Below are positions 1-17,191 of a stretch of DNA of 64,000 nucleotides, piece by piece. The notes under the pieces are model-generated. The model did no database searches, had not been told where the DNA came from, and saw nothing but the letters and a program-made list of their open reading frames with translations. The position numbers and the translations under genes were made by a program. The DNA is taken from assembly GCF_009914755.1 (NCBI RefSeq), contig NC_060948.1; one strand, written 5' to 3'. Source of the DNA: the human T2T-CHM13v2.0 reference genome, Homo sapiens. Position 1 is the stretch's first letter; every line of letters begins with the position of its first letter.

Positions 1-1629
1 AGAGGGTGCTTGGATAGTCCTAGCAGCAGGACATTTGCAGAGAAAAACAGTCTAGGCCCAGTAGATGCCAAATGAGGGAAATTGGCATCTCTAGTCTTCA
101 GGAGACCATGAATCTGGTTTCTTTGGAAGTAAAATAAGGAGAGATACATAACGTTAGTATTTTGACAATCAAAAGAGTATTTGCATGTCAGAACGAAAAA
201 AGAACCTATTCCATTAGGGCACCAACTAACAATATGAAATCAAATTATAATCTGGTAATCTTTAGAGGATTATTGTACCCAAGAAATAACTCATGCTCTA
301 TTCTGCAATTAAAAACAGAAGTCAGGGCTGAAATCTAGTAACATGCTAAACTTTTCCTTTGAAACAGTTTCTCTCTCCAGCACTCCTTTTCCATTATAGA
401 GGAATTACAGTAAGACCAATTCATGTGCAAAATAAGTGTTAGGCTTATTGTACTTGGCCTGATTGTTTGCATAATGTGCAGCAAGCATTGATTGCCCATA
501 TAGGCTCCTTTTAAGTTGGCTTTGCTGGAACTTTACCTAAAAATATGTTAGTCTAGTCAAAGTCTTGGTGAAGTAACTAGTGATTCAAGCTGTCTCATTT
601 TAAGAGAAAAGACTCTTAATAAACTTAGGCAAATAACTGCATTACCATAAAATCAGTTTCTGAATTCTGGAGAACTCGAAGTGAAAGGGAAATTTCCTTA
701 TAAGAACATACTTTACCCAAATGTTTTAAACCGTAAATAATCTAAAAAAGCATACTTCCTTGACTCTTCTTTAACCAGAGCAGCAGCCTTACAAAACAAG
801 ATTGTATTTGTGTACCTTGGAACTGCTACTCACATGCTAAGCAGCTCTTGTCAGATGAGAGCTGTCAGGCATTGTACAATCTGGGAGCTCTTCACATGAT
901 TAGAGTAAGTCCTAAGGAAGAAGGAGGCTCCCTGCTCATGAGTATCTCCTCCTTGTATTTTCCAGGTAGCAATATTCTATGTAAAGCATTATTAATTTAT
1001 CATGAAACTTTTGGGCAACATTATTTCCATTAGCATGGGGGAAGCTTCAGTTAACAACCCATAGCAAGGCAGTTACTGCTCCTCAAGTGGAAATGTTCTA
1101 CTTCAGGTATTCTCATTGGGAAGTAGTCACAGGCTTATGGTAGAAGCCCCAGTAAATGCTCTGCAAAGGCTGTGAAGTGGAGGATTTGTTCTATCACTGC
1201 AGCTTCTACCTTACATTCTGTGGGCTCAGGCAGTCTTACTGGTTCCTATTTAGCATGTCCACTTTAATTAACATTTCTCAAAGGGCAGATTTACGTGCCT
1301 TCCGTTGTTGTTGTTTTTCCTTTAATTTGCTCAGGTTGAATACCTGCCTTCAGTAAAGCTGAAGACACTAGTTAGGGGAAACATCCTTGCGTCAGGTACA
1401 TTGGTACCCATTTTCATAACACGTTTAGGTAAAGGAGTCACAGCTACTTTATAGAAAGCCTGTTTAAACACTCAGGTTTCATAATCTTTACATTTTTTAT
1501 GTTCTGGTCTGAGGAATCTTTCTTTTCTACTCCCAGACCATTTTACCTTTTCTGGTAAAAAAGAATTTGGGTTTCCAGTAGGGGATCCAGCCAAGGGACA
1601 CAGGCTGTTTTGTCAATCTTTATCTTTAT

Positions 1630-1916
1630 CTTTTTTTTATTTTTGAGACGCAGTCTCACTCTGCTGCCCAGAGTGGCAGGATCTTGGCTCACTGCAAGCT
1701 CTGCCTCCTGGGTTCACGCCATTCTCCGGCCTCAGCCTCCCAAGTAGCTGGGACAACAGGCGCCCGCCACCACGCCCGGCTAATTTTTTTGTATTTTTAG
1801 TAGAGACGAGGTTTCACCGTGTTAGCCAGGATGGTCTCGATCTCCTGACCTCGTGATCCACCCGCCTCGGCCTCCCAAAGTGCTGGGATTACAGGCGTGA
1901 GCCGCCGTGCCCGGCC
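1630..1916 (-). mobile_element. AluY-like
   Basis: CpG-rich Alu; TSD CAATCTTTATCTT. Confidence 0.92.
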
Positions 1917-3022
1917 CAATCTTTATCTTAATTGACTTAAGCATTGCTCCAGGCAGTGCCACCTTTTTCATTATGCTTTACCTTTTGATTTTTCTTAACT
2001 TTCCCTAATATGGTGCAAATAGTAGAAAACTACCTTTTGGTGTTTTTTAATGTTGGGGGACTAGCAGGGGTTCCCTTTGGTCCACGCAACCTTTGATAGT
2101 ATGTAAATTCCTTTGTTTTTGACCCTATCAATTTTCATTTTATTTATTAATAACCATTTAAAGATTTATGTAACCCTTCTGGGGCAAGTCCTTTGATTTT
2201 CTTTCCCTTTTCCATTTTGTTGTTAATTATCCTAATGTTTTAGTAAGCATCTTTAGGACTCAGGAGAGGCAACAAATTTAATAAGGCTTCTGAAATAGTT
2301 GTATGATTCTGCAAGAGGAATGCCACATGAGGTGCCCATGTAAAAGGGGCCTTCTTAACCCCAGCATTTAGTATGACCTAGGTAATAGGCATATTCAGTG
2401 GGAAAATATCTGGTCATCATAAGGCCAAACCCATAGGCTTCCATGTGAAGCACATCAACTGCTTCATCTGGGTGCTCCACTTGGCATTTTATTGGAGAGA
2501 ATTGGACAGTCCCTTTCTCAGGGTCAACGGACCTTACAGTGGCCATTTATCAAGTCCAGTAAGCTGGTTGTTATTTTAGAAAAAGTCTTCTGTGCCTTTG
2601 GATTGCATATACTCATCAGTGATTGTTTAATAATGAGCTTTGTGTCCAGCATCAACCCATTTACAATTAAGGATTCTGTCTTTAAAATTATTTTTACAAT
2701 CTATTATACTAAAAATTTTTCATGAAGCTGATAATATCAAACTGCAAATTAGAATAATTTCTTTATATTCCACCCTTTGGATTTGGTAGTTGATTTTGCC
2801 CTTCCCCTGTATTTATGATGTTTTTGGTAAAATAGTACATTTTTTCCTACTATTTTAACTCTTAGAAACCCAAATTCCTAGTGAGAAAACCTATGTAATT
2901 TAACATAACATCGCTTTTAAAATTTTAAACTAGTGAAGAGGATTTTCAGATTAAATTTGTCAAAGATAACCAAGATGATGTGAATTAAAAGGCATTTCAG
3001 CTAGCTTCTTTTAGTCTGATAA

Positions 3023-3640
<618 letters not shown>

Positions 3641-3876
3641 AGCACTTTTCTTTAAGCCAGTTGACTAGAGCTCTTTTATTTAGTTTGGTAGTGAAAAATC
3701 ACTTCCACATGACACATAAACATATAGACATAACAGACATAATGCACATACAGACAAAAGGCAGGTCCAAAAGATTTATTTGCCTGTTTTCAAAACTTCT
3801 GTCTCTTACTTTAGAATATAAATTTAAAAGGTTACGGGAGCCAACAAAAGGTGAAGGAGAGTTACCATCCCAGGAC

Positions 3877-4175
<299 letters not shown>

Positions 4176-4711
4176 ATTGTCTCAGGCCTTTTCAAAAGAA
4201 AGATCTGAAATTCTGAGATATCAATCTAGGAATTTCAAAAGAAACAGATTATAGAATTTAAAACTTAACACCTTCTTGTATTAAGAGAAGTCAACATTTT
4301 AAATAAAACCTTGTTCTTACCAGTTCTTTAGTTTTTCATTAGTGTATTTCTAATAAGTTCAATTTCTAGAGAGAATGTTACAGTTTTTTTAAATACAGCC
4401 AACTTTATTATGTAACTTAAAAAAATTTTTTTACTAACCTTTTTACAAATTATATCAATCATTCATTACATGCTTGGACTTTCTGGTTTGTTCTAAATAT
4501 CTCTGTTTCTTGAACAACCAGTTACCTTATTTTAGGACAAAAAATTTACCACACAAGATTCTTTTTTATATTTCATTACTTTTCTTTTAACCTCTCTTTA
4601 AAAAACACAAAACTATTTCTGTAACTTTCTTTACATCTGTCTTATTTCCTGGTTCCTTTTTTGTATACCCACTAAATAAGATTTGCATTAGACAAAAATA
4701 TTTACCATTAA

Positions 4712-5015
<304 letters not shown>

Positions 5016-6082
5016 GAAAACAATTTTTAAAGACATCTTCTTACAATTTTTAAATTGGAAATTACCCAGAAATTTAATATGTATTATTTAATATAACCAT
5101 ACATTCTAATTATATGACAAATTTGTTTACAAGCATTTATTCCATTATATTTACCTGATTATTTAATAAGGATAGTCATTATTTAAGGTTATTTCCCTGT
5201 TAATATTTTTATGGCCTATGAATTTCAGGTGCATATCTAAGTAAGAAACTTAAGTTTAAATATATGAACAACACATGATTTACTTGTTTTCATTAAACCA
5301 AAAATCTTAAATATCTTATTTGTCAAAAATTATACAAAGTTCATTCTGTTTTGGGCTGGGTTTATAGTTTTATGACCCTTCTGACAAATTTTAACACCTT
5401 ACAAGATTTGGCAAGAATAAGTATGAAACCTCTTAATCAATAAATGTAAACAAAACATGTGCTGACAGTTCTTAAGATATTTCTAATACTATTTTACTTG
5501 TACTTTTAAAGCTAACGTATTTATTAAGATTTTTACTTCAGTCACATGAACTTGAAAAGCATTTAGGCTTACTATTTAACTTTAAGCTGATTTGGTACTT
5601 TGTGACCAAAACACTGAACAAACTACATGTATGTACACATAAACACACAACTACACACTCAATCAAACAAATATCCTGTAACTTTTACTTAGAAAAGTAA
5701 CAGCAGATTTAAAGCAGGTGGAAAAGAAAATAGAGAAATAGAGAATTTTTTCTTAATGTAATTTGTCCCTCAGTTAAAATGTTCAAATAGAGGCTCCATG
5801 GTTTTTTCGTCATTCTTAGATGTTTCCCACATTTAGGTTGTTTCCCATTCTTAGATTATATGTTTCCACTTAAAAGGACCAACTGAGCTGTGGCCTAGGG
5901 TTTAGTGTAATGGATTGGAGTGTGCTGGTTATGAGCAGGACTCCACAGCATGTCACCACTGAATTATTTCCGCCCTCTTAAGTGTCTCATTCTGTGTCTC
6001 TGTTTCCCTCTCTGGAAGTCTAGTACCTCTGAGTGCTGAGAACACTGGCTGATCAGCCTTTATATGCATTTCTTGCAAAAGC

Positions 6083-6092
6083 TATATATATA

Positions 6093-6198
<106 letters not shown>
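6083..6198. repeat. Compound (TA)n/(TG)n microsatellite followed by poly-T
   Basis: direct reading. Confidence 0.95.
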
Positions 6199-6641
<443 letters not shown>

Positions 6642-7150
6642 TAATTTTTGTTGGGGGTGCCCTGTAAGGCCACTGCATGTCACGGGAGGTCAGTACCCCA
6701 GACATTCCCACTTGATCCGCAGTCACTCAAGGGCACCTTTGAGTTGGGAGGAACAAAATGCTGTTTTCCTTTAGAGCTGAGGAAACTCAGTCTCTCATTT
6801 ATCTATGAAAATGACACTTCAGTTTCTCATACAAATGCTCATTCAAACCACCTGAGATTAATTTTGGGAGAAAAAGCAATGGAGAAGACCCTTTAGAATG
6901 TATTTCTGAACTAGAAACCAGTTGAGGAGCCCAAATTGTTCTCCCTGTCTTTAGAAAAAGGAAATGGAAAAGACCCTTTAGATTACACCTCCAAACTAGA
7001 ATGAGGATCCTACACAACAGTTTCCTAGGAAGAAACAAATAAACACAAAAACAGAATACATCAAGGACTGTCAATCAAAGGGAGGCTGGTGGGCTCAGGA
7101 GCACATACCAGTTCCACCAGAGGAGAAGCTTAAAATTGGAGAGGCTTTCA

Positions 7151-7445
<295 letters not shown>

Positions 7446-7690
7446 TGGAGATGTTTTCAATGAGCCGCTGCTGGTGCCTTTAGCTCTAAGTTTGGGCAAC
7501 TCCTTTGTGGTCCAGAGTGTTCTCTGATGCCCCATGTTGGGCACCAAATTATTGTCAACGAAAAAAGTCAAACTCTTTAAAATATTTGAAGAGACTTATT
7601 CTCAACCAACTGTGAGTGACAAATGGCCTGTGACACAGCCCTCAGGAGATTCTGAGAACATGTGCCCAAGATGATCAGGGCACAGATTAG

Positions 7691-7999
7691 TTTTTGTTTT
7701 GTTTTGTTTTTGTTTTTGAGACAGGGTTTCACTCTTGTAACCCAGGTTGGAGTGCAATGGCGTGATCTCAGCTCACCGCAACCTCTGCCTCCCAGGTTCA
7801 AGCAATTCTCCTGCCTCGGCCTCCTGAGTATCAGGGATTATAGGCATGTGCCACCATGCCTGGCTAATTTTGTATTTTTAGTAGAGATGGGGTTTCTCCA
7901 TGTTGGTCAAGCTGGTCTCGAACTCCCAACCTCAAGTGATCTGCCTGTCTCGGCCTCCCAAAATGCTGGGATTACAGATGTAAGCCACCATGCCCGGCC
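7691..7999 (-). mobile_element. AluSp/Sq inside the MER4 LTR
   Basis: TSD GGC(A/G)CAGATTAGTTTT. Confidence 0.9.
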
Positions 8000-8242
8000 G
8001 GCGCAGATTAGTTTTATACATTTTAGGGAGACATGAGATATCAATCAAACACGTTTGTAAGATGTAGGTTGCTTTGGTCCAGAAAGCCTGGATGGCTTGA
8101 AGCCAGGGCTTACAGGTTGTTGGTAGATTTAAACATTTTCTGATTGGCAGTTGGTTGACAGAATTAAGTTATTATCTAAGGACCTAGAATCAGTAGAAAG
8201 GAATGTCTGGGTTATGATGCTGAGGAGTTGTGGAGACCAAAG

Positions 8243-8666
8243 TGATGCAGGAGTTTTCTCTCCTTAGCTAAGCTAGGTTTGGTTTCTTGTCTCATGACCA
8301 GGAAAAATTAGGCATGTGGACACTCACAGAGTGAGTGGAGTAGAATTTATTAAGCAAAAGGAAAGCTTTCAGCAAAGAGAAGGGTCCTGAAAGCAGGTTC
8401 CTGATTTCACCCTTTACAGTTTAATACAAGGGATTTTACATACAGACATATAAGCTGATAGTCCTGGTTTCCCTATTTGTTTTAAGGTGCCATTCCTGGT
8501 GGCTCTACCTCCTTCCCCCAGTGCCCATATGGGCCCTTAGTCTGCTGTAGGCATGCTCAGGCAAGCCCTTGAGCAAATTCCCTTAATCTGCACGAAACAT
8601 GGGCTGGAGATTCAGTGGGACCCTTTCTTTAGTGTCTGCCTAATGCAAGCTGGCTAACTCCTTTCA
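8243..8666 (-). mobile_element. Nested ERV1 solo LTR (MER61-like)
   Basis: TG...CA termini; 4-bp TSD AAAG at 8239-8242 and 8667-8670. Confidence 0.75.
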
Positions 8667-8705
8667 AAAGTTTTGTCTTGCTGATGAAGCCTCCAGGTAG
8701 TAGGC
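8378..8705. other. STS sY84 amplicon (clinical AZFa deletion marker)
   Basis: AGAAGGGTCCTGAAAGCAGGT at 8378 and the reverse complement of GCCTACTACCTGGAGGCTTC at 8686-8705; primers recalled from memory; 328 bp here. Confidence 0.88.
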
Positions 8706-10764
8706 TTCAGAGAGAATAGATTGCAAATGTTTCTCATCAGACTTAAAGACGGTTTTATTAATAATTCTGAAAGGGAGGAGCCTGTAATGAGGCATGTCTT
8801 TCCTTTGCCCTGCACCATGGCTTGAACCAGTCACTCAGGGTAACCCTGGAATGTCCTTGCTAAGAGGAGACATCCATTCAGATGGTTGAAGGGCTTAGAA
8901 TTTTATTTTTGGTGTACAAGGTCACAAAGATTTACTCATTTTTTTCTCTAAGGATTTTATATTTATAGTACTTACATTTGACATACAATGTTGTGGGTTA
9001 ATATTTGTATGTCGTGTGAGGTACACATTCAGATTCATTCTCTTGCATATAGATAATTGTCTTAATATCATTTGTTGAAATGACTTTGCTTTCTTCATTG
9101 AAAGGTATTAGTACCTTTGTCGAAAATCATTTTGTATAAATGTAACACCTTACTTCTGTTCTTCTAGTTCTGTGCTGTTGATCTGTAAGTCTGCCCGTTT
9201 GTCAGCAATGGGCAAATTAATTTTTATTCTAAATAGGAGCAACTCTTCTTTAATTTTTTTTCCCAATTGTAGTTAAATACACATAACATAGACTATACCA
9301 TCTTAGCTCTCTGTAAGTGTACAGTTCAGTGGTATTAAGTATATTCACATTATTATGCATCTGTAATGATAGTTAACCATTTTTTGGTAGCCTTAATTAC
9401 ATTTTGGCTCTTATATTCTCTATTTCAGTAATTGAGAAATAGATTTTTATCTTCTCTTTGGTTCTCTTAAGTACTGTGTTCTTGAAAACTACTATTTAAA
9501 ATTGTTTTTGCATGTCTGGCATTAATATTTGGGTACAGGTTAATGCAGGGCTTTTTCTGAACCCCAGCTACACAATAGAGTCATTTGAAAGAGTGTTATC
9601 ATGTCCTTCATACTTCTCCCTCCCCCATTCTCATTTGATTGGTCTGAGACCTAGAAAAAGTTCTATTTAAAAGAACTGCTGAACAACAAAGAATTACTTG
9701 GTTATTGTTTCTGAGCATGAATAAACCTTTTAAATGAACAAGAAAATTATTTTTTTAATTAATAGTTTTTATATAGCAACAGTTGTCATTTGAATGTTAA
9801 TTATGCTAGTACTGGGTAAGCATTTAGTATTCAGCATCTGAAACTCTTATTTCCATACACATAGGCTCAACTAGTGGGTATTCCAACTCCTGTTATGCCT
9901 GTTATTGACAAAGTGTATTATAATTTAATGTACTGATTTTACATGCTTTTTCTTCTTAAACAAAGAAACTTGATTTTCTTTATGTAACAGAGTTGCCTGA
10001 GGTTTGATTAAAATTTTTTGATTGTAATTTTGTTTTAGAAATTATAAAAATGGTCTGTTCTTTGAGAAATGTCTTGATTAGCCACAGAGATGTTAAAACT
10101 TTAGATTGAATAAGATTCTCATTTCATTTGCGTCTTAACATGTGAAGGACATTTTACTTGTTGAGTTTATTCTTTTAAAATGTTTGGTTAACATAATGTT
10201 GCTAAAAGATGCAAAATTGGGGCATATGTCTCCCTATCATTTACTGATATCATTCCATAAATTAAAAGTTTGGTTTTACGTGACACTGTATTATGTTAAT
10301 TTAAACACTTTAAGTTTAATTCAGTTTTTAAAACAGATTTAATATCTACAAAAGTTTTTCAAACTTTGTTAACTTTTGTGGATGTGTATGTCTGTGTGAG
10401 TGTGTGTGCACGCACGTGCATGTGTGAAGTTTACAGTATTTATACAGCTGTTGAAATAGTAATGTTTACTTCTTGTTTCTCATTTTGCTTTTTTCTTAGT
10501 TGAATGTGCTAAATTCCCTATTCAGAAAGGAAGAGAGAAATACTTTAGAGTATAATCTGTGCAGGTTCTTAATGTTAGCACAAGATTCTTCACAGATCTG
10601 TTCAGCAAGTAGTGTAGAAACTAGGACTACAGTAATAATTAAGGTCAGCTTATATCCTTACTGGTATAAGAGGAAGAATACAGCTGTATTAAACTTCTTG
10701 AGCTTTATGTATGTTTGGATTTGAATTTATCGTCCCCAAACTTTCCATTTTTTACTGTTGATTA

Positions 10765-11136
10765 TGTGAACCCAAAATATGTGAGACACATCTCAGCCAA
10801 TTTGGAAAGTTTGCTTTGCCAAGGTTCAAGACACATCCATGACACAATCTCAGGAAGTCCTGACAACATGTGTAAAGGTGTTTTGGGAAAAGATTGGTGT
10901 TACACATTTTACGGAGACTTGAGACATCAATCAGTATGTCTCAGATGTACATTGGTTCGTTCCAGAAAGGCAAGACAACTTGAAACAGGGAAGGGGCTTT
11001 CAGGTCATAGGTAGATAAGAGACAAACAGTTACATTCTTTTGAGTCTCTGATTAGCCTTTCAGTGAATACACAATTTACCTGTGGGAGGAGGGTAGAGGA
11101 GTAGTCACTTATGCCTTGGTTTGGCTTAAGGAAACA
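10765..11136 (-). mobile_element. MER4A-like solo LTR, 3' part (continues at 18580)
   Basis: reverse complement of the MER4A 3' end (...TTTTGGGTTCACA). Confidence 0.8.
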
Positions 11137-12677
11137 TGTGAAAGGCAAATAAATCTTGGGGCCCCCAAATCACTAAACTAATGGGAAAAGTCAAATCGGG
11201 AACTGTTTAGAGCCAGCCTGCCTCCCATTCTATTCACAGTCACCTCTTTGCTAACTGAGATAGATACATATCTGATTGCCTTCTTTGGAAAGGCTGGTCA
11301 GAAACTCAAAAGAATGCACCTGTTCATCTCCAACCTATTTGTGGCCTGGAAGCCCCCTCCCCTCTTCAAGTCTTCTTGCCTTTGCTTCAATTTGTCCTTC
11401 CTTTTCAGGCCAAACCTTAATGTATGTTGATTTATGTCTCATGTCTCCCTAAAATGTGTAAAATCAAGCCATGCTTTGACCACCATGGGCACATGTCATT
11501 AGGACATCCTGGGGCTGTGTTAGAGGCATGTGTTCTCAACCAAAATAAACTTTCTAAATTAACTGAGACCTGTCTCAAATTTTCAGGGTCCACATTTTGG
11601 TAACCATTGAGGGATTGTGAATGGAGATGCCCCTGACCTTTTACAGGTCTCCTGTCAGTGCTTGGTACCAGGATGAGTTAACTTTATGGCTCAAACCAAT
11701 AGGACAATTTGCTGAGGTCTGAGAGCACCCCCTCCTGAGAAGCCCTGATCTCCCCAAATTTGGTCAAGATCTGTAATTTATTTTGCTGTACAACTCCTCT
11801 TTTATTTTGGAGTTTTACTTACTTCCAACACAAGGAAGGCAAGTCTTTTCCTGCTTCCGTGATGATCGAAGGCAAATAACTCCTTTATGGAGTTTGAGCT
11901 TGCTTCCAACAAGGAAGATGAGGTTTTTTTTTCTTGCTTCTAGGATGGTAGAGACCAGTCTACAGCCTGAGACCCATCACTAGTAAGAAACTGGTTTGGA
12001 ACTCTGTCTTTCAAATTCTTTTTAAATGACTAATGTTACCATTAACAACCAGCTGGTGTTAATTTCTGCTTACACTTAGAGCACTCAGAAATTTTATAAT
12101 TTGTGTGATTCTTACTAGTTTAGCAGCATTTTGTCCTAGCTGACATATGGTAACAAGATTAAAAAAATTTTTTTTTAAAGAAGTTCAGTGGTTAAAAGTC
12201 AGCTTCATTAAAAGGCCGACATCCAGGATGTGTGTGTGTATGCATGTATGTGTGCATGTTTTTATTTAAAAGGCCTTCATGTTTTTGTTTTTGTTTTTCT
12301 TTCCTAAGACCTTGTGTTTTTTTGAGCAAATGTCTTTTTTTTCATTTTCAGTTAACTGATTCTGTTTCCACCTGGGTTTTTTTTTGTTTTTGTTTTTGTT
12401 TTTTTGACAAAAAATAGTTATTGCAACAGAGGCTACTCTTGGGTTTTTAAGAACAATGTAGTTTAGACACTCAGAAAGGTCTTTAAAAAATTTTTTTAAG
12501 TGCACTGTGTCTCCCTGTAGCACCACCAGACTTTTTCTCTCTATACTTTTTGATGTAAATTTTGCTATTTGATTTTCACCTGAGTTGTTTCCTTTAATAT
12601 GCAAATTTAAGGCTATTTAGCTGACAACTGCCTATGGTTGTAAAACTGGTTATTAAGAATCTGAAAGTCAAAGATAA

Positions 12678-12985
<308 letters not shown>

Positions 12986-13405
12986 ACAAAAGGGGGATGT
13001 CTTTATGAATCTATAAAATGTCTTCCATGGCCATGCCTAATACATTTATGTATTTGTGTTGTGTACACAATGTTTCACTATGAAAATTAGATAAAAGCTC
13101 TAATTGGCTTAAAGAAAAATAAAAGCACATAAATCAGATACTGTATCAAAAAAAGACTGGTCAAATGCTTTTTCAGATTTATGAAACTTAAGTAAAATCC
13201 TTAATAAGCTACCTTTAAAATTATTGTTAAAGTAATATTAGGAATGTCTTAAGAATTGCCAGCATACATTTTTTGTTTTGCATTTATTAATCAAGCAATA
13301 TCATACTTATCCCTGGCAAATATTATAAGGTATCAAAATTTGTCATAGGAGTTACAAAACTAAACGCAGCCAAAAAAAATCCCAGAAGGATTTTTGCTTG
13401 TGTAC

Positions 13406-13720
<315 letters not shown>

Positions 13721-13753
13721 AACCTATAATTTTTAATATATTAGACACTGAGG

Positions 13754-14104
<351 letters not shown>

Positions 14105-15374
14105 TTAGTAAGATTACCTTAACATCTAATCCTGTGGATTTAGGCAGTCAAGTCCACAGGCAGTAAGGAGGTTTGGGAAAGGACTGTTACTGTCTTTGTT
14201 TCAAAAATAAACTATAAACTAAGTTCCTCCAAAAGTTAGTTTGGCTTATTCCCAGGAATGAACAAGGACAGCTTGGAGATAAAGAGCAAGGTGGAGTCAA
14301 TTAGGTCAAATCTTTTTTCAGTGTCTCAGTTGTAATTTTGCAACGGTAGTTTTCATAGCTTTAAATTCATGACTATCACAGTTGTCATAAATAATCTAAG
14401 TAAACAATTAAAATCATTACGTAAATGTAATGCAATAAATATTTGTAGACAAACTGGTCATAATTTTGAATATAAAATTAAATAGTAAATACTTCATTAT
14501 TTGGGTACTTTCCAATAAATAATATATAATAGGAAAACATTCTTGCTAAAACAAAGAAGTGTATTCTTTTTAAACAAAAAAAGGTAAAAAATTTTTGCCT
14601 AATTCAAAGCTCATTTAAAGGTTATGTATAAATATGGTAAAAGGAACAAGGAAATAAAAAGAGATGTAAAGAAAGTTGTAAAAATAAAGAGGTTTTTTTG
14701 CATGTGGTATGAAAGCTTAAAGAGAAATACTTTTATGTGAGAAAGAACCTTATGTGGTAAATTTTAGTCCTAAAATAAAATGACTGGTTGTTTAAGAAGG
14801 AGGAGTGTTCAGGACGAACTAGAAAATCGAAATATTAAGTTTTGGTTTGCTTAAGGAAAAAAAGTGAGACTAATTTTTTTTTTTAATTAGCGTTATTACA
14901 TGTGCATCCACGTATCTTCCTGTATGTGTTTTTAAAGTTCTTGTGACATTGAGTTACAGGGCTTTGACTCCTGGATATAAAAAGAACACCAAGTCCTGCT
15001 AAATCTTAAACACTGAGAGCGATTAAAGTCTCATCTTCAAGCCCAGTAGGAGATTCCAATCAAAATAAACTGCATTTGTGAGACAAAGGGGAATAAATAA
15101 AAACTTTAACTCCTCAAGGCCCAGGGACAGTTGTGGAAGAGGTAGGCATAAGATTGTAAGGGCCAATTTTGAAAGATAAAATAAGTTCAATTCCTCTATG
15201 AACTAATCATTAATGTCACATGCACACTGATGCAAGATGAGTATATGGGCCCCTGTGTGAGATTAACAAAATTTTCTTGAAGCATTAACCAACCCCTTAA
15301 TAAAGGTTTTTCAGGTTATAAAAAGATTTATGGAAGCTATATCTTATGGTTAAAGTTAAAATTTTATAGGTTGT

Positions 15375-15680
<306 letters not shown>

Positions 15681-16785
15681 AATTGTATAGATTGTTTATA
15701 CAACTTTGACAAACAAATTTAATTGGCTTCATGCTGTTCTTCTTAAGGCTTATTGTTTGGAGAATTAGGTCTTCTTTCAAAGAATAAAGGTTCTTGTCTT
15801 TTTCTGAAATCCGTGACTTGTCACTTTCGTTAAATGAATGACTTATTTTATAATGACCTGTGATCCTGTTTTGTGATATTGTCTTTAAAACCTTTGATAT
15901 TTGGTAAACTTTCCAAAATCAAATGATAAATTTTGTCTTTTTCTGACCTAATTAATTCTTTAAGATACTAGGTTTCCTAATGTCCAAAAAATAACATAAT
16001 TTGGCTTATTTGGTACAAAAATTATACAGGAAGCATTGTCAGATATGAAATGGTGTTGGTTTTTGTTTGGCCTATATTTGTATAAATATGTTATTATGTG
16101 TTCCAAAATTACAGGAAACTCCTATAGTTCTGATATAACAGTGTATATTATCAATAATCATAATTGTTATGATAAAATTATTGCATGCCACAGAGGTAAC
16201 AAATTTCCTTGTCAGTTGTGTTTTTGACTATGGCTGCTCTAAAATGTTTTGCCATCCACCGACAATTGTCTTGCTTTTGTCTTCAGAAGGTGGTTTTATA
16301 ATCAGATTTAAAACTCTAGCAGGTGCTCTTGAATGCAGGTTTCTGATAACTTTGGAGAGTGTGACATCAGAATAGAGGAAAAACTTTCAGGACTCATTGA
16401 GAGCTAAAATGAGTATTTTATGTTGTTGATGAGTATCAAGCAGAACAGGAATTAACTGCATGGACTGAACTAATCTTTTTGACTTTTTGCTTAAAATGTT
16501 GTGAATCTTTTTTTTTGGTTTTCAGAGTCTTAAAACTTTTCTTTAGAGCTATTGACAGCTGTTAACAGTTTAGGACACTCCCATGAACAAAATTTGGAGC
16601 ATATTTGTTTCTCTTTACCTGATTTCTCCCAAAATTGCAAACTATCTGTAAGTCTTCTTAACTTATGGAAATACAGTTATTTGCATAAGTGCCATCAGAA
16701 TCTGTTTTCATTTGTAACACGACACAATTGGACAAACTGGTTATTTTACCAAGGCTTTGACTGGAATGATGTGCTTCCCTTTAAG

Positions 16786-16879
16786 GAATCAAACTTGACG
16801 TATGGAGCCAAGAAAGCCCTTGGAAAAACTGGCCTCATATTTTGTGTACACAGTCCCTGTACAGGGTTTCTGACCTGTG
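16786..16879 (+). ncRNA. TTTY15: TTTY15 internal exon (94 nt) lying within MER4-group proviral internal sequence
   Basis: cttccctttaag|G acceptor, GTG|gtaagt donor; position relative to USP9Y fits the recalled TTTY15 structure. Confidence 0.7.
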
Positions 16880-16897
16880 GTAAGTAAAGAATGTTAC

Positions 16898-17191
16898 TTT
16901 GTTTTTTGTTTTTTGTTTTTGTTTTGGGGACAGAATCTCGCTCTGTCTCCCAGGCTAGAGTGCAGTGGTGTGATCTCGGCTCACTGCAAGCTCTGCCTCC
17001 CGGCTTCATGCCATTCTCCCACCTCGGCCTCCTGAGTAGCTGGGACTATAGGCGCCCGCCACCAAGACCAGCTAATTTTGGTTTGTATTTTCAGTAGAGA
17101 TGGGGTTTCACCATGTTAGCCAGGATGGTCTCAATCTCCTGACCTCGTGACCTGCCTGCCTCCACTTCCCAAAGTGCTGGGATTACAGGCG
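16898..17191 (-). mobile_element. AluY-like, slightly 5' truncated
   Basis: TSD AGAATGTTACTTT. Confidence 0.9.

Larger units (their letters stand above)
7553..8918 (-). mobile_element. MER4-family LTR (MER4B/D/E-like), 5' LTR of the provirus above; split by an Alu and a nested LTR
   Basis: minus strand begins TGTACACCAAAAATAAAATTCTAAGCCC and ends ...CGTTGACA. Confidence 0.8.

Noticed and set aside
2355-2546. Possible gag-like peptide on the minus strand
   Set aside because: Short, interrupted and without a confidently recognisable motif; treated as decayed proviral interior
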